Made by a program: the position numbers and the translations under genes | Notes under the pieces: model-generated | What the model was told of the DNA's origin: nothing | Databases searched by the model: none | Seen by the model: only the letters and a program-made list of their open reading frames with translations | Assembly (NCBI GenBank): GCA_963828525.1 | Contig: CAWHEP010000010.1 | Location: 224,001-288,000 of the forward strand | Direction of reading: 5' to 3' | From: an uncultured Verrucomicrobiae bacterium | GTDB taxonomy: Bacteria > Verrucomicrobiota > Verrucomicrobiia > Chthoniobacterales > Chthoniobacteraceae | Length of the DNA stretch: 64,000 nt | Part shown: positions 57,701 to 64,000 of the stretch, one piece after another | Position numbering within the stretch: position 1 is the stretch's first letter | Layout of the letters: each line of letters opens with the position of its first letter

Positions 57701-58062
57701 CTGCGTCCGGCGGCAGCGTGATCCATCCGGGCGAGTTCCACGATACCGAGCAACTGATCGCCAAGGCCGGGAAAGGAGCGGCGCAGGAGGCGCGCGGCAT
57801 CTTCCAGGCGGCGCTGGCGCCAGACCCATCGATGCCATTTCAAAGGGACCCCAATGGCAAGCGACGCGGCTCCGAGGATGAGAAGAGTCAATCGAATCCA
57901 CCCGGGGGTCTCAAAGAACCGATCCAAGCCAAAAACGAGAAGGTAGGAAAGAGCCAGTCCGAACAGGGCGGCAAAAGCCGCTTCGGCAAGCTTTACAACC
58001 CACACGCGGCGTCTGAAGGCGGCGAGTTTCTCTTCAAGAACAGGAGGAAGATTCGTGTTCAT
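54725..58062 (-). CDS. large membrane-anchored coiled-coil protein (DUF4175-like, PVC MoxR-cluster type); indel near 54935
   Basis: Three N-terminal TMs, DEAP..., ASDDFGV, coiled coils; corrected end AGREFPDEFKSGLDSYFSLLE...*. Confidence 0.78.
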
Positions 58063-58174
58063 AATTTCAGGGACTGCGCGGAATTCGGCGCAACGTTACC
58101 CCAGGAGAAGAGTAAAAGAACTGTACAATAATCGGGAGGAGAGAACTGGAGCTAGACGCCGAGAAGATGGCGGG

Positions 58175-58198
58175 CTCGACGTGGACCTAAACTGTCAC
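58175..58198 (-). pseudogene. possible remnant of a hipA-type toxin start
   Basis: GTG overlapping the XRE stop reads M-T-V-*-V-H-V-E (TAG one base from GAG). Confidence 0.4.
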
Positions 58199-58509
58199 GG
58201 GCGGGGCCGGTGGATGCGCTTTGGGACGCGCCGTTCGTCAAGGCTGAGCGCGAGGGCGTCGGAGGCGGGTGAAGCGACACTGGCAAGTCTGTCGTGCAAA
58301 CGCAGGATGAAAGCGGCGGTCGCAAGTGTGCCGATGGCGACTGTGGCATCACCGCGCTCCAACCGCCACAGGGTGTTACGGCTGACGAATAGCCGCTCAG
58401 CCATGTCCAAGGTGGAGATACCGCGCTTGCGGCGAGCAAGGGCAAGGTCGGCGCCTAATTTTTTGAGGCATTGCGCCGCAGCGAGTGGAATGGAGTTTGG
58501 AGACGGCAT
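58195..58509 (-). CDS. XRE-family HTH protein (HipB-like antitoxin)
   Basis: LKKLGADLALARRKR, MAERLFVSRNTLWRLERGD, PKRI tail. Confidence 0.85.
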   Translation of the reverse strand: MPSPNSIPLAAAQCLKKLGADLALARRKRGISTLDMAERLFVSRNTLWRLERGDATVAIGTLATAAFILRLHDRLASVASPASDALALSLDERRVPKRIHRPRP

Positions 58510-58522
58510 CGCTTACGTGGTG

Positions 58523-58561
58523 TATAGAAGACATTATCCGGAGATATGTCGCTTATATCAA
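58523..58561 (-). promoter_or_regulatory. sigma70 promoter overlapped by an inverted-repeat operator
   Basis: TTGATA-N17-GATAAT on -; arms TATAGAAGACAT (58523-58534) and ATGTCGCTTATA (58546-58557). Confidence 0.6.
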
Positions 58562-58599
58562 GCGATCCTTGTACGCGCCATGGGAGGCGCAGCTTGCGC

Positions 58600-61500
58600 C
58601 TACCTGTTCCTGACGCGCCAGCCTGGGCCGGGGGCGGCGAGTGGCTCGAAGTTGATGAGCGCGGCGCCGACAGGCCCACGCATCACTTCCATCAGGATGG
58701 TTCCGCTTCGGGCGTTTTGCCAGATGATGTCGCTCTGGGTCGCGCTGTGGAAGGATCCTGTTCCCGCGATGAACCATGCGGCGCCAATGGGTCTGTTGGT
58801 GACGGGGGCTCTTGATGCCACGTGAACGCCATTCATCAACCAGAGTTCCACTCTTCCGTTGGCGCTGTTCTGCCAGACCAGATCTGCCTGCGCGTGGCCG
58901 CTGAAGTTGCCGGTGGCCATGACTTTCCAATTTTTGTCTGTACTGGCGCGGTAACGAGGCGCACGCCCGTGGCTTTGCGCCGTTCATCAGCCAAAGGAGA
59001 GCCTGGCCCGTGGCGCTGTTCTGCCAGACCAGATCGGGCTTTCCGTCTCCGTCGAAATCGCCTACTCCGACGATCTTCCAATGAGGATCAGGCGGATGCG
59101 GGAGAGCGACAGTGCTTTGCACCATGGTACCGCTCATGAGCGAGACAGAGGCATCTCCGTTGACATCGTTCTGCCAGACGAGGGCAGGCTGGCCATCACC
59201 GCCGAAGTCTCCGGAGCCCACGATCTTCCAATGCGGATCGGTGACCCGCGTGATGCTGGTGGAGGATAGGCGATTCGGGCCATCCATCATCCACACACCC
59301 ACGGCGCCATTGGCGTCGTTTTGCCAGATGAGATCCGAGTTGCCGTCTCCGTTGAAATCGGCTTTCACAGAAGCAGAGTCAATCTGTGGCGGAGGGGAGA
59401 TGTGGATGGGAGGGGAACCGGGTTCCGCTGGAGACGCCGTCGCCGGGGAGAGGGGGCTTGACCCGGTCCCGTTAATCGCCTGGACGCTGTAATAGACGGT
59501 GGCGCTGGAACAGGCATCGACTACGGCCGTGGAGCTGGTGGAAGTGAAGATGGCGCTTCCGGCGGCTCCCGGGTCCAATGACCGATAGACGTTATAGGAT
59601 GTGGCTCCCGGTGAGGCGTTCCAGGAAATGACATTCACCTGGGCCCCGAGGGCAACCCGCGGAGCGGCGGGGGCTCCTGGCGCGTTGCGCGCCGCGAGCG
59701 GCAGCACCTCAATACCGTTAATCTCCGGAACGTCGGTGACCGCGCTGAACTCGACGGTGATCTTCCCCGCTGCATCGGCGATCTCGGGAAATTCCTTCAC
59801 GACGGCAACGCCGAAACACTTCCCGCAGCGCGCTTTGGCGTCCGCGGAGATATCGTAATCTTCCAGCACCTGGGCTCCGTTGATCGCCACGTTGAAGACG
59901 CGGAAGCCTGGACCGCTGAACTTTATCTCGGCGAAATGGAGGCGCACATTGTAGCTGCCGCCCGGTACCAAGTTTGGAAATTGATAAGCGAGCAAGCCGT
60001 TCCTCTGCGAGAGGTAAACCGCGGCGGGGGCCGGGTTTGTAACGAGACTGGTGTTGATGGGCATGTTCATCTGGCGCGTCTGCGAAGCATCCGCTTCATA
60101 GAAGCCATCCGCTGCGAAGGGAGCGGCGGCATTTCCCCCGCAATTAATCTGGTATGACTGAGCGGGGTCCCCGGCCGGAGCAGGCGGGGTGGCGCTGACC
60201 TGAGCGGAGGGAGCGCCTTCACCCCCGCTCGAGACCGCGGAGACCGAGTAAAAGTACAGTTTCGCCGTCGGCAAGGTTCAGGTCGGTGAACGTGGTGGAG
60301 CTGAGACCTGAATAAATGACGGATGGCGCGAGGCCGGGCCCCAATGCCCTTTGGACGTTGTAAGAGGTGGCGCCGGCGACAGGAATCCATGAAAGACACA
60401 TCTGGCCGTCGGTTACCGATGCCTGCAACGCGCTCGGCGAGGAGGGGATGGGCGCGGCTGCGGCAATCGGAGCGCTGAGCGTGATGAGCCATGCTTCATG
60501 GAGCAGCATGCCGGGGAGCGTCACCGCGACAGGACCGTTGGAAATAGGCAGATCCATGTCACTCACCACGGGCAGTGAAGGCAGCGCGGCCTCCAGCGCG
60601 TTTGGGATGCGAGCGAGATTCACATGCGCGGAAGTTGCCCCGTTAAGAAAGCCAAGCTTGCCGACGTTGGTCAAGGCCACCACAGGGTTCACGGAAGGGG
60701 AGGAGTGCAGGAGCGCGTAGTAACCGACGAGGACCTGGGCGGTGCCGGGAGCGCTGCCTTGTGAACTGGCGAGCGGCAGCAGATGGGGATCGGACGCGCT
60801 GCTCGCCACGCGGGAAGCCATGCCATCGGCATAGGCTTTATAAGCCCACCAGAGCGCCCGCGGCTGCTGCGGCGCGGCAGTGGTGAGCATCCCGCCAAGG
60901 GTGCCGTTGAAGCTGTTGTTCTGGTTTTCGTAGCTGGACCAGGAGCTTTTGCAGACGGCATCCGGGTTGGCCCTGGAGTCCTCGAAGTTGTATAAATAGG
61001 AGAGCAGGGCGGCGGGTCTGTATTGATCGTCCCCGCCCGCCAGGAATTCGTTGATGTGTATCTCCCGAAGCTTCAATGCGGCGTACGCCGGATTGTTCAT
61101 GAAGTTTGTCCGTATGTAGTCGATATGCGCGGGAATCTCGCGGACATCGGCGGCGAACTCGTGCCAGGTGATTACGTTCAACTCCACGGAGTTTGCCACG
61201 CAGTAATCCATGAACTGTTTGAGAAACGCCGGGTTGAAGCTGCTGGGAGTGGGGCCGGCGACTATCGCATCGGGGATTTGGCTCCGGATGCCCGCCACAA
61301 AATGGCGATAGGCTTCGAAGAACTGCGGCTGGCTCGCGGGCCACAGATTTCCTGGCTTGGAAAAGGTAAGGTCTGGCTCGTTCCAGAACTCCCAAACCAT
61401 CGTATGCCCGCTCTGGACCGCGAGAGAAGCCTGCCCCGCGACATAACTGTCGTACGCTGTCCACGCTCCCGCGTCTCCGGGAAGCGACGGTCCTTTGTAG

Positions 61501-61817
61501 CCCCAACCGTCGCTCGTGAGAAACTCGTAGCGGGCGCCCGCAAGCATCGCCTTATCGTAAAACGCAGAGGCCTGATTGCCCTGCCTCCACAATGAGAGTT
61601 GCAGGGGCTGTATGAAGCTATCTGGAACAATCGCAGAAGGGGAGTAGTTGTTGAGCCCGTTAATCAAGCCGGTCATCCGGTGAATGCCGTTGATTGGGGT
61701 GGAGAAATCGACGGAAACGGATGGCGGGTCTGCCCGCAGCGCGCTTGGGCAAAGAGCGGGGGCCGCAACAAAGAGCGCGAAACCGATGAAACGGAGGAAG
61801 GAGAAAGCCGATGGCAT
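58600..61817 (-). CDS. secreted modular glycoside hydrolase: GH39-like + FN3 + malectin + FN3 + FG-GAP repeats; indels near 60272 and 58952
   Basis: WEFWNEPD, ITWHEF, HINEF; SW.PVAGATSYNV; INCGG...VRLHFAE...RVFNV; DFNGDGNSDLIWQN repeats. Confidence 0.82.
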
Positions 61818-61974
61818 TCTAGCAATTATAGCAATGCCTGTGCCTTATGGGATTTATCGCCTCCTTTCTTTTCTTCGGCTTGATTTTTGCTGCGCTCTGT
61901 CCTAGGATGTTCTTCTCCTCACCCCCGGAGCCGCTCGCCTCCCGACCTAGCGGTAAAGCTCCCTCGGGAGTCTA

Positions 61975-64000
61975 ATGACTTTTCGGAAACAAACCCTCCT
62001 TGCCGCGCTGTTGACGGGGCTCGCGCTGTCGCCGCTCACGGGTTCCGCAATTGATCTGAACGGGGATGGCGTCAGTGACATCTGGCAGATGATCTATGGC
62101 AGCTCGTATAGGCCGAGTCAGGACACGGACGGCACAGGTATGACGAACCTCCAGAAAAGCCTGGCTGGTCTTGATCCCAGCAATCCGGCGTCGGTCCTGC
62201 GCGTCTCCAGCGTGTCGGTTTCTGGCTCGAACCTGGCGGTGACGTGGCCTTCTGTTGCCAACAAGCTCTACCAACTACAGTCCAGCCCCACGCTTGGCGG
62301 AGGCAGTTGGGTAAATACGGGAACGCCGGTTGTTGGGACTGGGGCGCCCCTCACGAGCGCTGTGGCGACGACGGGAACGAACATGTTCTTCAGGGTCGCC
62401 GTGGCGGACATCTACAGTAACGGAACCGGCCTGAGCGACTGGGAAGCGGTGCAGCTCGGGTTGAATCCGGCGAATCCCAATAGCAATGGGCGCCTGGATG
62501 GGAATGGACAGCCAATCAGCGACTACAATTATGTGGTGACGGCGTTGAGTTCGTCCAACAGCGTCTCGATCTTTGCGACGAAGCCCGGGGCCACGATCCC
62601 GCTGGCTAATCCCGCGTCGGATAGGGCTACTCTGACCCTGAGCCGCACTGGAAACCTGAACGCCATCACGGTGAACCTGGCTGTGTCAGGGTTGGCGATT
62701 CCCGGGGTTGACTACGCTGCTATTCCGACATCCATCAAATTCCCTGTGGGAGTGAATACCGCGTCGATCAGCGTTTCTCCTCTGGCGACATCCGGCCTCC
62801 TGGCTGGCGCGCCAGTGACAGTAACTGTGATGCCTGATCCCAGCTACCAGGTGGGCAGCCCCGCAAGCGATTCAGCGGTGATCTATCCATCGTCGAATCC
62901 TACAGGAACCGGACTGACGGGTCAGTATTTCGCAAGCTCCAGTCCCACCTATACCGGGACAGCAAATTTTAACGCGGGCACTCTCAAGGTCGCGCGAACG
63001 GACCCGCAGGTGAACTTTTACTGGGGGCAGGGTCAGCCCTATCCAGCGGTGAATCGGAATAACTTCTCCGCGGCGTGGAAAGGGCTGCTGCTGGCGCCAA
63101 CCACAGGCGGGTATGCTTTCGGAGTGCAAGCCGACGCGGGCGCGCGGGTGTACGTGAACAACCAGCTCGTCATCGACGCGTGGGCGGCGGGCAGCTCGAC
63201 CGCGGCGCCCCTGTTCACGAGCACGAGCATCGCGCTTACGGCCGGGCAGACTTATCCGGTTGAAGTGGACTATTATGAGAACACCGACCCGGCCAGCATC
63301 TACCTGACCTGGCAACCACCCGCCGGAGCGTTTGCGGCGATTCCCTCCGGGAATGTATTTCAGCCAACGCATTCAGGGTCCACGGGGTGGGAGGTCAGCT
63401 ATTATAACAACGTCGCATTGAGCGGATCGGCTGCCTATTCCACCATTGAAAAAGCGGTGACATGGAATTGGGGAACGGGATCGCCCGATCCCTCGATCCC
63501 AACCACAAAATATTCGGCGCGATGGACCGGGCAGGTACAGCCGCAATATTCCGAGCCGTACACGTTCGTCACTCATACGGATGATGGGACGATGCTGAAA
63601 GTGAACGGCCAGTTGATCACCAGCAACTGGAAGGATCAAACGGGATCTGATGTCGCGAGCACGACGATAAACCTGCAAGCGGGCGCGCGATACGATTTGC
63701 AAATGGACTACTTCCAGGACGGGCCGAGCAGCGCGCAGGCTTATCTTTCCTGGTACAGCCCAAGCCAGCCACAGCAGATCATTCCCCAAAACTGCCTGTA
63801 TCCATCCGCAGTGTCTTCGGCGCCATCCGTCATCACGAGCGCCACCACGGCAGTCGTGCTGATTGGAGGGAGCTTTAACTACTCGGTTGCGGCGAGTAAC
63901 ACTCCCACCGGGTTTTCGGTCTCTGGCTTGCCTCCAGGGGTTACTTATAACGCGACGAGCAATACCATCAGCGGCACAGTCGCGCAGGCTGGGCGCTACA
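61975..64000 (+). CDS. large secreted protein with Calx-beta-like, two PA14 and Ig-like (He_PIG) domains; runs off window
   Basis: MTFRKQTLLAALLTGLALSPLTGSA IDLNGDGVSDIW; GTGLTGQYF...FSAAWKG; YSARWTGQVQP...TDDG; GLPPGV.Y...ISGT. Confidence 0.85.
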   Translation, partial: MTFRKQTLLAALLTGLALSPLTGSAIDLNGDGVSDIWQMIYGSSYRPSQDTDGTGMTNLQKSLAGLDPSNPASVLRVSSVSVSGSNLAVTWPSVANKLYQLQSSPTLGGGSWVNTGTPVVGTGAPLTSAVATTGTNMFFRVAVADIYSNGTGLSDWEAVQLGLNPANPNSNGRLDGNGQPISDYNYVVTALSSSNSVSIFATKPGATIPLANPASDRATLTLSRTGNLNAITVNLAVSGLAIPGVDYAAIPTSIKFPVGVNTASISVSPLATSGLLAGAPVTVTVMPDPSYQVGSPASDSAVIYPSSNPTGTGLTGQYFASSSPTYTGTANFNAGTLKVARTDPQVNFYWGQGQPYPAVNRNNFSAAWKGLLLAPTTGGYAFGVQADAGARVYVNNQLVIDAWAAGSSTAAPLFTSTSIALTAGQTYPVEVDYYENTDPASIYLTWQPPAGAFAAIPSGNVFQPTHSGSTGWEVSYYNNVALSGSAAYSTIEKAVTWNWGTGSPDPSIPTTKYSARWTGQVQPQYSEPYTFVTHTDDGTMLKVNGQLITSNWKDQTGSDVASTTINLQAGARYDLQMDYFQDGPSSAQAYLSWYSPSQPQQIIPQNCLYPSAVSSAPSVITSATTAVVLIGGSFNYSVAASNTPTGFSVSGLPPGVTYNATSNTISGTVAQAGRY

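Overview
GC-rich (~60%) bacterial DNA with Verrucomicrobiota-like gene content (probably Chthoniobacterales/Spartobacteria; my inference from gene families). It looks like an error-prone long-read assembly, because single-base indels split many genes, including essential rpsA. Left to right: end of a DISARM-like locus (drmB, vsr, small orphan); a Tat-exported Gfo/Idh/MocA oxidoreductase; an ECF sigma/Ser-Thr kinase pair; glgB with a GT4 glycosyltransferase; mnmG carrying a perfect parS; two tandem thymidylate-kinase-like genes; glutaredoxin; rpsA; an ~11 kb defence island (type III-like Res, unreadable cargo, Mod, GmrSD-like DUF262/DUF1524, RelE-like/UvrD helicase); SigK/RskA-like pair; DUF4160/DUF2442; trhO; GATase; two DUF1080 paralogs; a DUF3516 helicase; a fragmented PVC-type DUF4175/prenyltransferase-repeat/TlpA cluster with a 2.2 kb tandem duplication; a DUF6600 protein with HPG repeats; an orphan HipB-like gene; a GH39-like/malectin/FG-GAP protein; and a PA14 protein running off the end. 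The most unusual non-coding structures: (i) a 25-bp palindrome in four copies next to parS, one duplicated in-frame inside a gene and two ending decayed partial gene copies; (ii) modular intergenic repeats with 8-9-bp periodicity that bracket accessory genes and reverse polarity across the parS/GC-skew switch, suggesting the window spans the replication-origin region.
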